Shown here in pieces: positions 1-9,313 of a stretch of DNA of 15,900 nt; the first letter of the stretch is position 1; the number at the start of each line of letters is the position of its first letter. Below the pieces are notes generated by a model. It did no database searches. It saw only the letters and a list, made by a program, of their open reading frames with translations, and was not told the DNA's origin. This DNA comes from Thermodesulfobacteriota bacterium. GTDB taxonomy: Bacteria; Desulfobacterota_D; UBA1144; Nemesobacterales; N074bin48. Made by a program: the position numbers and the translations under genes. Where the stretch lies: assembly GCA_041572575.1 (NCBI GenBank), contig JBFFSH010000060.1:1-15900 (forward strand), written 5' to 3'.

Positions 1-137
1 CATCTCTTGCATGTCTTGTTTTTTCCATATTTTGCGTGTGAAAAAATTCGTGATATTTTTCCCACTGTTAATTGCCATGAATACCGCTTTATCATTGCTC
101 TTTATCATATATACTACTCCTAACAACGTCTAATGCC
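1..137 (-). mobile_element. Possible end of a degenerate IS5-like insertion sequence (tentative)
   Basis: Kinase similarity stops right at CTAG (138-141). On the minus strand the following sequence starts GGCATTAGAC and has AGGAG (121-117) plus ATGs at 108 and 95. Fragments in different frames (QWEKYHEFFHTQ; YGKNKTCKR) loosely recall IS5-family transposase N-termini. The second end is not in the window. Confidence 0.25.
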
Positions 138-1267
138 CTAGTTTAATATCAGAATGACTCTTGTCATATGTATCAAATATTGTATTTGCCAGCTTGTTTA
201 TATATTCTGAAAATATAATCTTATTTAGATTATCGGATTCGTAAAGATGTTCATGTATTAAAGCCATGGAATATATTCTGTTCTGGCTTTCTTTAAACTT
301 TTTAGAAATAAATTCATTATTTAAATTATTTGACTGCAGACTTAGAAGACTTGATATTATCTGAAGGTTATTTTTTACTCGGTGATGTATTTCTCTTAAC
401 AGTATCTCTTTTTCTTCGAGTGAGTTCTTTATTTGATCCTGAATTCTTTTTCTTTCCTCAATTTCTTTGGATAGTTGGTAATTAATATTTGATAACTGCA
501 GAGTTCTCTCAGTAACTTTAGATTCAATTTGTTGCTTGAATTTATTTAATTCTTCTTCTATTTGTCTGGATTGTGAAATATTCTCACAGTTTATTTGTGA
601 ATATAAAATTCCAGATTTATCATGAATAGATATTATTTGTACTTGTACCCACAACGCTGAGCCATCTTTTTTAATCAATCTTATTTTACAAGCATGCTTA
701 GTATAAGGAGTACTTGTAGAATTTGTTAAGTAGGTATTGAATATATCTTTGTCTTTATCATGTATATAGTCGTGTATATTTTTGTTGATAATATCACTTC
801 TTTCATAACCTAGCTGTTCTAAGCAAATATTATTAACAGAAAATATTTTTTTATTGTAGTTAAATGCAATGATCAAATAATCATTATGAGTAGGAGGAAT
901 TAGTATGTAATCATTATTTATTTGTTTTTGTAGTTTGTTAACATGTATTGTTATTTCTATACAGTTATACAACTGCCCTATATTTAATGGTTTTGTTAAA
1001 ATATTATATTCTTTTAATTTATTTGTTTTATTGTTACTTAAATAGATGTATGGAATGACATATTTTTGTAATTTCTTCGATTTACTAATGTTATCTTTTA
1101 AGCCAATATCTACTATTAATAGATCAGGACTATATTTTTTTATTGATTTTGAAGTATCATCATCTATATTGAGAACCGCAGGAACAATATGATTTAGTCT
1201 CTAATGATGATTTTAAGTTATCTGAGATTGATTTATCTACCTGTATTATAATATTGTATTTTTTCAT
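130..1267 (-). pseudogene. Disrupted receiver-PAS-HisKA_2 sensor histidine kinase
   Basis: H-box [24 protein letters not shown] (HisKA_2) and a PAS/PAC region ([17 protein letters not shown]...[12 protein letters not shown]). The same frame is open upstream from 972 to 1200 and encodes receiver motifs [19 protein letters not shown]. It is closed by TAG at 1203-1201, while the N-terminus MKKYNIII...LKSSL starts at ATG 1267 in another frame. Stop at 130 comes before any HATPase N/G boxes. Confidence 0.75.
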
Positions 1268-1477
1268 AAAAATATAATTATTTGTAGATTATAAATTGAT
1301 AAGATGATGTTAAGTGATGAATATTAACAATTATTAGTCCAATATTACTAATATTCAACAAACTTGTTGAAAAATCATAAATATTAGTGTCAGTTTGTTA
1401 TAACAAGATATTAATATTTTATCAATAAACAATATTTATTGATCAACATAGAAGGATATATAAAAGATAATAATAAT

Positions 1478-4400
1478 ATGCATAAGAGTCTGTTGGAAAT
1501 ATTATTAAAAGAAAGAATCTTAATTCTAGATGGTGCCATGGGCACCATGATACAGAGATACAAACTGGAAGAAGAAGACTTTAGGGGCAATTTGTTAAGA
1601 GACCATCATTCAGACCTTAAAGGCAATAATGATCTACTTTCACTTACACGACCAGATATTATCTCAGAAATTCACAGACAATATTTTGAAGCAGGTGCAG
1701 ATATTGTTGAAACTAATACTTTTAGTGCCACAACCATAGCTCAGGCAGATTACGGATTACAGCACATAGTTAAGGATATAAATAGAGAATCTGCAAAATT
1801 AGCCAAAAATGTTGCCAGTGAAATCATGAACGAATATCCAGATCGCAAATGTTTTGTAGCAGGGGCAATAGGACCAACAAATAGAACAGCTTCAATGTCA
1901 CCAGATGTAAATAATCCGGCATTCAGGGCAGTGAGTTTCCAGGAGCTTGTAGATGCATATACAGAGCAGGTTGAAGCTCTTGTTGAGGGCGGGGTGGATA
2001 TACTTCTTCCAGAGACTACTTTTGATACACTGAATTTAAAAGCTGCAATATATGCTATTGAGCAGTTCTTTGATAAATCCGATAAGAGACTACCCGTGAT
2101 GCTATCAGTAACAATTACCGATAAATCAGGGAGAACACTTTCCGGACAGACAATTGAAGCATTTTGGAACTCTGTTAGACATGCAAAGCCGCTTAGTGTT
2201 GGAATAAACTGTGCACTTGGAGCCGAAGACATGCGCCCTTATATTGAAGAACTATCAAATATTGCAGATTGTTATATTAGCTGTTACCCAAATGCCGGGC
2301 TTCCAAATCCTCTTAGTGAAACGGGTTATGATCAAACCCCTGAAATAACTTCAACATTATTGGATGAATTTTGTAGTAGTGGTTTTATTAATATAGTAGG
2401 CGGATGTTGCGGGACTACACCCGATCATATTGGTGTCATTGCAAAAAAAGTTAAAAACTATAAACCTAGACAAGTTCCCCGGATAGAACAAGCGACAAGG
2501 CTAAGCGGCCTGGAAGCTCTGAGTATAGGATCTGAAAAAGAATCTCCCTTTATAATGGTTGGTGAAAGAACCAATGTGACTGGCTCACCAAGATTTGCAA
2601 AACTAATAAAAGAAGATGATTTCGATACTGCACTTAGCGTTGCTCGACAGCAGGTGGAAAACGGAGCAAATATAATAGACATAAATTTTGATGAAGGTCT
2701 TTTAGATAGTGAAAAATGTATGGAACGTTTCTTAAACCTCATTTCTTCAGAACCGGATATCGCAAAAGTTCCAATAATGATAGACAGCTCCAAATTTTCT
2801 GTTATTGAAGCAGGTCTCAGGTGTGTTCAGGGTAAATGCATAGTAAACTCCATAAGTCTTAAAGAGGGTGAAGATATATTTATAGAACAGGCCCATAAGG
2901 TTAAACGCTATGGGGCATCAATGGTAGTTATGGCCTTTGATGAAAAAGGTCAGGCAGCAAACAAAGAAGATAAAATAAGAATTTGTGAAAGAGCATATAA
3001 AATACTTACTGAAAAAGTCGGGATTGAACCAGAAGACATTATTTTTGATCCAAATATTCTCACAGTAAGTACCGGTATTGAAGAGCACAACAACTATGCT
3101 GTTGATTTTATAGAAGCTGTAAGAGAGATAAAGAAGAGATGCCCGGGGGCTCTTACAAGCGGTGGAGTAAGTAACGTATCGTTTTCATTTAGAGGTAATA
3201 ACATAGTAAGAGAAGCCATGCACAGTGCGTTTCTCTATCATGCAATAGAAGCAGGCCTTGATATGGGAATAGTCAATGCCGGTATGCTCGCAGTATATGA
3301 CGACGTAGAAAAAGAACTCTTAGATAAAGTAGAAAATGTTCTTCTTAATAAACACCCTGAGGCTACAGATGAGCTTATAGATTTTGCTGAGCAGTATAAA
3401 GGAGTAAAAAGTACTGAGAAGAAAGAAGATAAGAAATGGCGAAATCAAGATGTAAACAAGAGAATACAATATGCACTTGTAAATGGTATCACCGATTTTA
3501 TAGAGGAAGATACAGAGGAAGTGCGAGCATCATTAAACAAGCCATTAGATGTTATAGAAGGTCCACTTATGGACGGCATGAAGGTAGTCGGTAAATTATT
3601 CGGTGATGGAAAGATGTTTTTGCCGCAGGTAGTAAAAAGCGCTCGCGTGATGAAAAAGGCAGTAGCATATCTTGAACCATTTATGGAAGAAGAAAAGAAG
3701 AAGAATAAAGATACAAAAGGACAAGGTAAATTCGTGATAGCTACGGTTAAAGGAGATGTGCATGATATTGGAAAGAATATCGTTTCTGTAGTACTTGCAT
3801 GTAACAACTACGAAGTAAAAGATCTTGGGGTAATGGTTTCATGTGATGATATATTAAAGACAGCAAAGGAATTAAATGCAGATTTTATTGGTATGAGCGG
3901 ACTCATTACGCCATCCTTAGATGAGATGATGTATAACGCTTCAGAGATGGAAAGGCAGGGCTTTGATACTCCGCTTCTTATAGGTGGGGCAACAACCAGT
4001 AATGCTCACACCGCAATAAAAATAGCCCCTAATTATAGTGGTGTCGTATCTCACGTGCAGGATGCATCTCTTGTAGTAAACGTTTGCAATAATTTACTGA
4101 ATCCCAATTACTCCAAAAAGTATATAGATGAGATTAAAGCGGAACAGGAGAAACTGAGAAAATTACATTTAGACAAAACAAATTTAAAAAAATATTTGTC
4201 TATTAAAGAAGTAAGAGAAAAAGGTTTAAAAACTAATTGGACTAAAATGAACATTCCTAAACCTGAATTTACAGGGATTAATGTCTTTGAGAATATAAAA
4301 ATGGATGAAATAGTAGATTACATCGATTGGTCTCCGCTGTTTTGGGTTTGGGAACTTAAGGGAAGCTTTCCAAAGATATTGAAGCATAAAAAATATGGTG

Positions 4401-5179
4401 ATCATGCTGAAAAGTTATATGATGAAGCCATGAGTCTGCTTAAGGAAATTATAAAAGATAACAGATTTAATCCAAGAGCTGTCATTGGACTCTTTCCTGC
4501 TAATTCCATAAAGGATGATATAGTGCTTTATTCGAATGAAGATAGGAATGAGAGTATTTATACATTACATTTTTTAAGGCAGCAAGAGTACCGTGGAGAA
4601 AAAGCTCAGTATCTTTGCCTATCAGATTTTATTGCTCCAGCAGATACGGGGATTAAAGATTATATTGGAGCATTTTGTGTTACTGCTGGTGAAGAGGTAG
4701 ATGAATTTGCATCATATTTTAAAAATAAAAATGATGATTATAACTCTATAATGGTACAGGCTCTTGGAGACAGAATTGCAGAAGCACTTGCAGAAATGAT
4801 TCATAAAAAAGTAAGAGACTATTGGGGCTACGGAAAAGACGAGAAATTAACAAGCGACGAGTTGATAAAAGAAAAATATATTGGAATAAGACCAGCGCCA
4901 GGTTATCCGGCATGCCCCGACCATACAGAGAAAAGAACAATCTGGAACCTGCTTAAGGTTGAAGATAATATCGGTGTTAAACTCACTGAAAACTGTGCAA
5001 TGTATCCTCCAAGCTCAGTATCAGGTCTATACTTCTCTCATCCAAAATCAAAATACTTCAATATTGGCAAGATTAATAATGATCAAATAGAAGATTATGC
5101 ATTAAGAAAAGGAATGACCATTAAAGAGGTCGAAAAGTGGCTTCATCCTAATTTGGGTTATGATCCAACAGATAATTAA
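1478..5179 (+). CDS. metH: Cobalamin-dependent methionine synthase
   Basis: LDGAMGT, GINC and GGCCGT (Zn/homocysteine domain), GERTN (folate domain), DVHDIGKN (B12-binding DxHxxG), [10 protein letters not shown] (AdoMet activation domain). ATG 1478 is preferred over TTG 1439 because homology starts at ERILILDG; the start is uncertain. Confidence 0.98.
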   Translation: MHKSLLEILLKERILILDGAMGTMIQRYKLEEEDFRGNLLRDHHSDLKGNNDLLSLTRPDIISEIHRQYFEAGADIVETNTFSATTIAQADYGLQHIVKDINRESAKLAKNVASEIMNEYPDRKCFVAGAIGPTNRTASMSPDVNNPAFRAVSFQELVDAYTEQVEALVEGGVDILLPETTFDTLNLKAAIYAIEQFFDKSDKRLPVMLSVTITDKSGRTLSGQTIEAFWNSVRHAKPLSVGINCALGAEDMRPYIEELSNIADCYISCYPNAGLPNPLSETGYDQTPEITSTLLDEFCSSGFINIVGGCCGTTPDHIGVIAKKVKNYKPRQVPRIEQATRLSGLEALSIGSEKESPFIMVGERTNVTGSPRFAKLIKEDDFDTALSVARQQVENGANIIDINFDEGLLDSEKCMERFLNLISSEPDIAKVPIMIDSSKFSVIEAGLRCVQGKCIVNSISLKEGEDIFIEQAHKVKRYGASMVVMAFDEKGQAANKEDKIRICERAYKILTEKVGIEPEDIIFDPNILTVSTGIEEHNNYAVDFIEAVREIKKRCPGALTSGGVSNVSFSFRGNNIVREAMHSAFLYHAIEAGLDMGIVNAGMLAVYDDVEKELLDKVENVLLNKHPEATDELIDFAEQYKGVKSTEKKEDKKWRNQDVNKRIQYALVNGITDFIEEDTEEVRASLNKPLDVIEGPLMDGMKVVGKLFGDGKMFLPQVVKSARVMKKAVAYLEPFMEEEKKKNKDTKGQGKFVIATVKGDVHDIGKNIVSVVLACNNYEVKDLGVMVSCDDILKTAKELNADFIGMSGLITPSLDEMMYNASEMERQGFDTPLLIGGATTSNAHTAIKIAPNYSGVVSHVQDASLVVNVCNNLLNPNYSKKYIDEIKAEQEKLRKLHLDKTNLKKYLSIKEVREKGLKTNWTKMNIPKPEFTGINVFENIKMDEIVDYIDWSPLFWVWELKGSFPKILKHKKYGDHAEKLYDEAMSLLKEIIKDNRFNPRAVIGLFPANSIKDDIVLYSNEDRNESIYTLHFLRQQEYRGEKAQYLCLSDFIAPADTGIKDYIGAFCVTAGEEVDEFASYFKNKNDDYNSIMVQALGDRIAEALAEMIHKKVRDYWGYGKDEKLTSDELIKEKYIGIRPAPGYPACPDHTEKRTIWNLLKVEDNIGVKLTENCAMYPPSSVSGLYFSHPKSKYFNIGKINNDQIEDYALRKGMTIKEVEKWLHPNLGYDPTDN

Positions 5180-5187
5180 ATAATTTT

Positions 5188-5520
5188 ATGGCATATAGTG
5201 AAATCCTAGCACAAAGACTCACTAAAATATTAGAAACTAAAAAAGGAATTTCAAACAGAAAAATGTTTGGTGGCCTATGCTATATGCTAAATGGCAATAT
5301 GTTATGTGGTATAGTTGATGACAAACTTATGGCCAGGGTAGGGCCTGAACAATATGATAATGCTTTAAAGCATGAATATTGCACAGAGATGGATTTTACC
5401 GGAAAGCCTTTAAAGGGAATGGTTTATGTATTACCAGAAGGGATTGAATCTAAAAGATCACTAAAGAAATGGATAGATATGTGTATAGCATTTGCAAGTA
5501 TATTGCCTAAGAAAAAGTAA
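5188..5520 (+). CDS. TfoX/Sxy N-terminal domain family protein
   Basis: RKMFGGLCYMLNGNMLCGIVDDKLMARVG and MDFTGKPLKGMV are typical of stand-alone TfoX_N proteins. Starts 8 nt after the metH stop. Confidence 0.85.
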   Translation: MAYSEILAQRLTKILETKKGISNRKMFGGLCYMLNGNMLCGIVDDKLMARVGPEQYDNALKHEYCTEMDFTGKPLKGMVYVLPEGIESKRSLKKWIDMCIAFASILPKKK

Positions 5521-5521
5521 T

Positions 5522-5710
5522 TCATTCGGTACAGCTTCTGATAAAATCTTTCCACTTTTGTGGTAGTTCATCTTCTGAAATTAGGTATTCAAGGTTTTGT
5601 GGATCAGAACAAATGCTACACTCATCACATTCATCTTTTTCGAGTGGACACAAATCGGGGCAGGCTTCACCATAGACAGTTACACATAATTTCTTTATAT
5701 CTTCTTTCAT
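5522..5710 (-). CDS. Small acidic Cys-rich hypothetical protein (possible Fe-S or Zn binding)
   Basis: Fills the gap between the AbfD-like gene (stop at 5717) and the convergent TfoX gene. Seven Cys, including CPDLCP and CDECSIC. Start is ATG 5710 or TTG 5716. Confidence 0.7.
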   Translation of the reverse strand: MKEDIKKLCVTVYGEACPDLCPLEKDECDECSICSDPQNLEYLISEDELPQKWKDFIRSCTE

Positions 5711-5716
5711 TACCAA

Positions 5717-7153
5717 TTAACCATCAAGTCCCGTAATTTTTGCAACAAGTGATTTTCTTTCTTCAAAATCATATTTTCTCATCATTTCAATTCTCTGTGC
5801 TTCGGGTGATCCACCACCGTGTATTCCAATTATAGAATACCATCCGCCTTGATATGAGGCCGTAATGTCCTCAAGTAGTCTTGCCATCTTAAGGCGTTTA
5901 TCTGATGGAATGTCTTTGTTTGCAGTGAGATAGGATGATAATTTCTCTCCTACTTCTGGTATTTCCATATCCTCAGGATATGGAGACGCAACGAGTATCC
6001 CACCTGATACCTCGTGGGCTACTTTATACATATCATAAATGTGGGTGCCCTGAAGGAGTTTTCCTATATTGGCATATACCGGGTCGGGACTGAAATTTCC
6101 AGCAGGGGTTTCCTTCCCAAATACTGCCGATGTGACGCCGCAGGCATAGAATGATTCAACATATTTAATTAGTTCTGTAATGCTTTGTCTTATATGTCCT
6201 ACTTTATTAGGATTTAATCCATTAGCCTCAGCCATGGTTGTAGAAGCTCCTATAAGCATATCACCAAGACCAGCTCTAGCCCCTATACAGCTTACCCTGT
6301 GATGAGTTGCAAAGGATTCTGTAAGGAGTCCAGCAAACTGCCATTCTCCTGCAAGAAATACTCTGTTCCACGGAACAAACACATCATCAAAAAGTATTTG
6401 TGCAGTTGCCTGACCGTATTTATTAGATAACTCGGCAGAACTTTGATCGGGTCTCCCTGCTTCTCTAGTTACCATTTCTACTCCCTTTGTATCAATGGGT
6501 ATGGCGAATGAAACAGAATAATCAGAATCTTTCTCTGTCATTGTCCTGCATGGAAGCACAATTATTTCATGTGTATAAGGAGCGCCGGTTACGATAGCCT
6601 TGATTCCTCTTACAGTAATACCTTTTTTTGTTCTCTTTACTATTCTTAAGTATAAATCAGGGTTTTTCTGTTCATGTGGTCTTTTGGTTCTGTCACCTTT
6701 AGCATCAGTCATGGCAACACATGTGGTTAAATCTTCATCCTGTAAATACTCAAGATATTCTAAAAACTTAGAATAATAATCAGAACCTGTTTTTAAATCT
6801 ACAAGATGCGTGTTCTCATATAGAGCATTTAAGGCATCATGACAGAGATATCTTTGAGCACAACCTGTTGTCCTGCAAAGAAGTCTTGTTGTCATTTCAA
6901 GTTTTTTTAACAGATCATCCGTATTAGTATTTATATGTAGCAGCCGGCTAACTTTATTTCCGGTAATATGCGATGTTGCAAGCATAATATCCTCATAGTC
7001 TGGGTTATGAGAATATTCGTATGTTAGAGAAATAGCATTAACACCAGGAAAAAGTTTTGGCTCATCGGCAACACTTTTTATTCTTTTTCCTTTTAAATAG
7101 ACAACAGGTTTTAGTTCTCTAAGGCTTTGTACAAACTCTTCGGGTGTTTTCAT
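5717..7153 (-). CDS. 4-hydroxybutyryl-CoA dehydratase (AbfD)/HpaB-family flavoprotein, atypical active site
   Basis: MKTPEEFVQSLR N-terminus, AMTDAKGDR, VRGIKAIVTG, FDDVFVPWNRVFL and HGGGSPEAQR match the AbfD branch of the HpaB/acyl-CoA dehydrogenase-fold family. Several catalytic positions differ (see findings). Confidence 0.9.
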   Translation of the reverse strand: MKTPEEFVQSLRELKPVVYLKGKRIKSVADEPKLFPGVNAISLTYEYSHNPDYEDIMLATSHITGNKVSRLLHINTNTDDLLKKLEMTTRLLCRTTGCAQRYLCHDALNALYENTHLVDLKTGSDYYSKFLEYLEYLQDEDLTTCVAMTDAKGDRTKRPHEQKNPDLYLRIVKRTKKGITVRGIKAIVTGAPYTHEIIVLPCRTMTEKDSDYSVSFAIPIDTKGVEMVTREAGRPDQSSAELSNKYGQATAQILFDDVFVPWNRVFLAGEWQFAGLLTESFATHHRVSCIGARAGLGDMLIGASTTMAEANGLNPNKVGHIRQSITELIKYVESFYACGVTSAVFGKETPAGNFSPDPVYANIGKLLQGTHIYDMYKVAHEVSGGILVASPYPEDMEIPEVGEKLSSYLTANKDIPSDKRLKMARLLEDITASYQGGWYSIIGIHGGGSPEAQRIEMMRKYDFEERKSLVAKITGLDG

Positions 7154-7192
7154 AACATATAGCTATAATGTTTTATGAAAGACAGTTTAATA

Positions 7193-7486
7193 TCAGCAAT
7201 CAGCAATATCCAAAAATCTTCTGCTTGGCTTTCCTGCAAGGAATGACCTAAGTTTGTCTAAAGTTCCAGAAGAGACTCTCCACTCGTGATATTTATGATA
7301 ATCATCAGGGGTACTCCATTTTTCAACAAGCACCATTAAATCAGAATCCTCTTCATCAAAACAAACATCGATCCCTTCATTACCCTCAAATGCTCTTGTA
7401 TCAGGTAAGATTTCTCTCATATAAGATACTAGTTCTTCTTTTGTTCCTGGTTTTATTTTAACTTCAGCTATTAATACTACACTCAT
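7193..7486 (-). CDS. Antibiotic biosynthesis monooxygenase (ABM) domain protein
   Basis: 97 aa. The pattern VKIKPG...TRAFEGNEG...VLVEKWST...Y..W fits the ABM dimeric alpha/beta barrel. SD AAGGAG overlaps the upstream stop codon. Confidence 0.85.
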   Translation of the reverse strand: MSVVLIAEVKIKPGTKEELVSYMREILPDTRAFEGNEGIDVCFDEEDSDLMVLVEKWSTPDDYHKYHEWRVSSGTLDKLRSFLAGKPSRRFLDIADC

Positions 7487-7498
7487 GATTAATTCTCC

Positions 7499-7933
7499 TT
7501 ATTTTTTGAATAAATTTTCATTTATATTTTTAAAAGACTTAAATTCAAGTGCATTGCCACTAGGATCTAAGAAAAACATAGTTGCTTGCTCTCCTGTCTT
7601 TCCCTTAAATCTTATATATGGTTTTATCACAAATTCCATATTTTTTCCAGTCAGTTTATCTGCAAGCTTTTGCCAGTCACTCATTTCTAAAACTACCCCA
7701 GCATGAGGCACAGGGACAGAATGTTTATCAACAGGGTTGTAATGTAGAGTTACTTTGCCATCTTTACCTAAATCAGGATTTAGATGACACACAAACTGAT
7801 GACCATACATATTATAGTCAACCCAGTTTGTATCACTTCTACCTTCCTCTAGGCCAAGTATTTGCCCATAGAACTCTCTTGATTCTTGTATATCTCTTAC
7901 TTGTACAGCAATATGAAAAGGGGTTAATTTCAT
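7499..7933 (-). CDS. VOC/glyoxalase family protein (putative extradiol dioxygenase-like)
   Basis: PFHIAVQVRD...FYG..LG..EGRS, VPVPHAGVVL and EQATMFFLDPSGNALEFK provide the His/His/Glu metal-ligand pattern of VOC proteins. Confidence 0.9.
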   Translation of the reverse strand: MKLTPFHIAVQVRDIQESREFYGQILGLEEGRSDTNWVDYNMYGHQFVCHLNPDLGKDGKVTLHYNPVDKHSVPVPHAGVVLEMSDWQKLADKLTGKNMEFVIKPYIRFKGKTGEQATMFFLDPSGNALEFKSFKNINENLFKK

Positions 7934-8037
7934 GATTTATATAGGTTATAATATATAGTTAAAGTATTTTATTACTTGAATTAAAGTGTTTTCTAGGTAC
8001 ATATTATATCAGTAATTCTTTATATGGAGTAATAATT

Positions 8038-8487
8038 ATGATCAAAAAATCATTAAATGTGTATCTTGCAGGTGAAATTCACTCAGACTGGCGAGAAAGA
8101 ATTATAGATGGCACAAAAGCAAAGGGTTTAAACGTTACATTTACCTCTCCTGTGACAGACCATGAATCCAGCGATATGTGCGGAGTAAATATACTTGGAG
8201 ATGAAGAAAAGCCTTTCTGGCGAGACAGAAAAGGCGCAGGGCTTAATGAGATCAGAAGAAAGACCATGATTAACGACGCCGATCTTGTAGTAGTAAGATT
8301 TGGTCCTAAATACAAACAGTGGAATGCTGCATTTGATGCGGGCTATGCAAATGCACTAAATAAATCAATAATCACACTCCATGACGAAGAACACGACCAT
8401 GCTTTAAAAGAAGTAGATGCCGCTGCTAATGCTTCAGCAAGAACCCCTGAGCAGGTTGTAGAGATATTAAGTTATGTACTTTCGTAA
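8038..8487 (+). CDS. YtoQ family protein (nucleoside 2-deoxyribosyltransferase-like fold)
   Basis: VYLAGEIHSDWR, PVTDHESSD, VVVRFGPKYKQWNAAFDAG, HALKEVDA. SD GGAG at 8026-8029. Confidence 0.9.
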   Translation: MIKKSLNVYLAGEIHSDWRERIIDGTKAKGLNVTFTSPVTDHESSDMCGVNILGDEEKPFWRDRKGAGLNEIRRKTMINDADLVVVRFGPKYKQWNAAFDAGYANALNKSIITLHDEEHDHALKEVDAAANASARTPEQVVEILSYVLS

Positions 8488-8590
8488 AGTTTAAAATCTT
8501 TTTATCAAACCACCCTATTATTCAAAATTTAGGCTATAACTATATAAAACTGGTATAGTAGAGTTCTATTTTTATTAAAGGATTAAAGTT

Positions 8591-9313
8591 ATGAACTTAT
8601 CAAACATAAAAGCTATATTCTTCGATGCTGCTGACACTTTGTTTTTTATAAAAGATGGACTGGGTAAGACGTATGCTGCGCCTGCAAGGAAGTATGGGAT
8701 AGATCCTGATCCTCAAGAATTAAGAAATGCATTCTCTAAACATTTTCCATCCGCTCCGCCTCTTGCATTTGGTGGTATTTCAAATTCTGAGAGAAAATCA
8801 CTAGAAAAAGAATGGTGGTATCAGGTTGTAACAAAAGTATACAATGATGTTGGAATGTTCGATGAATTTGATGATTATTTTGACGATTTATTCGAAGTAT
8901 TTAGAACTACCGCATGGAAAATCTTTCCGGAAACAAATAATGTGCTAACTGAAATAAAAAATTTGGGATATGCCATAATAGTCGTATCCAATTTTGATTC
9001 GAGAGTTTATGATGTTTGTGGAAGTCTTGGAATTATAGACCATTTTGATGACTTTATCATTTCGAGTGAGGCAGGATATGCAAAACCCGATCCTGAGATA
9101 TATAAATTAGCCTTAAAAAGAAACAACCTTGTTCCTGAAGAATGCGTATTTATAGGTGATAACTATCTAAATGATTATGTAGCACCAACCAAACTTGGGT
9201 TAAAAGCAATACTACTTAATAGAGAAAATGAGAACCAGGAGCATGAAGTATACAAAATATCAAACCTAAATGAATTACTCTCAATTTTAAATAATAATGG
9301 AGAACAATCATGA
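8591..9313 (+). CDS. HAD-superfamily hydrolase, subfamily IA (REG-2/HDHD3-like)
   Basis: Motif I IFFDAADTL, motif II VVSNFD, motif III KPDPEIY, motif IV FIGDNYLND. Confidence 0.9.
   Translation: MNLSNIKAIFFDAADTLFFIKDGLGKTYAAPARKYGIDPDPQELRNAFSKHFPSAPPLAFGGISNSERKSLEKEWWYQVVTKVYNDVGMFDEFDDYFDDLFEVFRTTAWKIFPETNNVLTEIKNLGYAIIVVSNFDSRVYDVCGSLGIIDHFDDFIISSEAGYAKPDPEIYKLALKRNNLVPEECVFIGDNYLNDYVAPTKLGLKAILLNRENENQEHEVYKISNLNELLSILNNNGEQS

Noticed and set aside
1750..4940. Antisense ORFs inside metH (1750-2232, 2458-2793, 3445-3807, 4746-4940)
   Set aside because: They are shadows of a conserved gene, with no recognisable motifs.
5717..7153. Calling this gene abfD (carbon-fixation marker) or hpaB
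   Set aside because: Key residues of both enzymes appear to be missing, and no pathway partners are adjacent.
7187..7206. ABM gene ending TGC-TGA-TAT-TAA (possible Cys-Sec) and a TCAGCAA tandem duplication
   Set aside because: No SECIS-like hairpin follows the TGA and ABM proteins are not known to me as selenoproteins. The 7-bp duplication is trivial.
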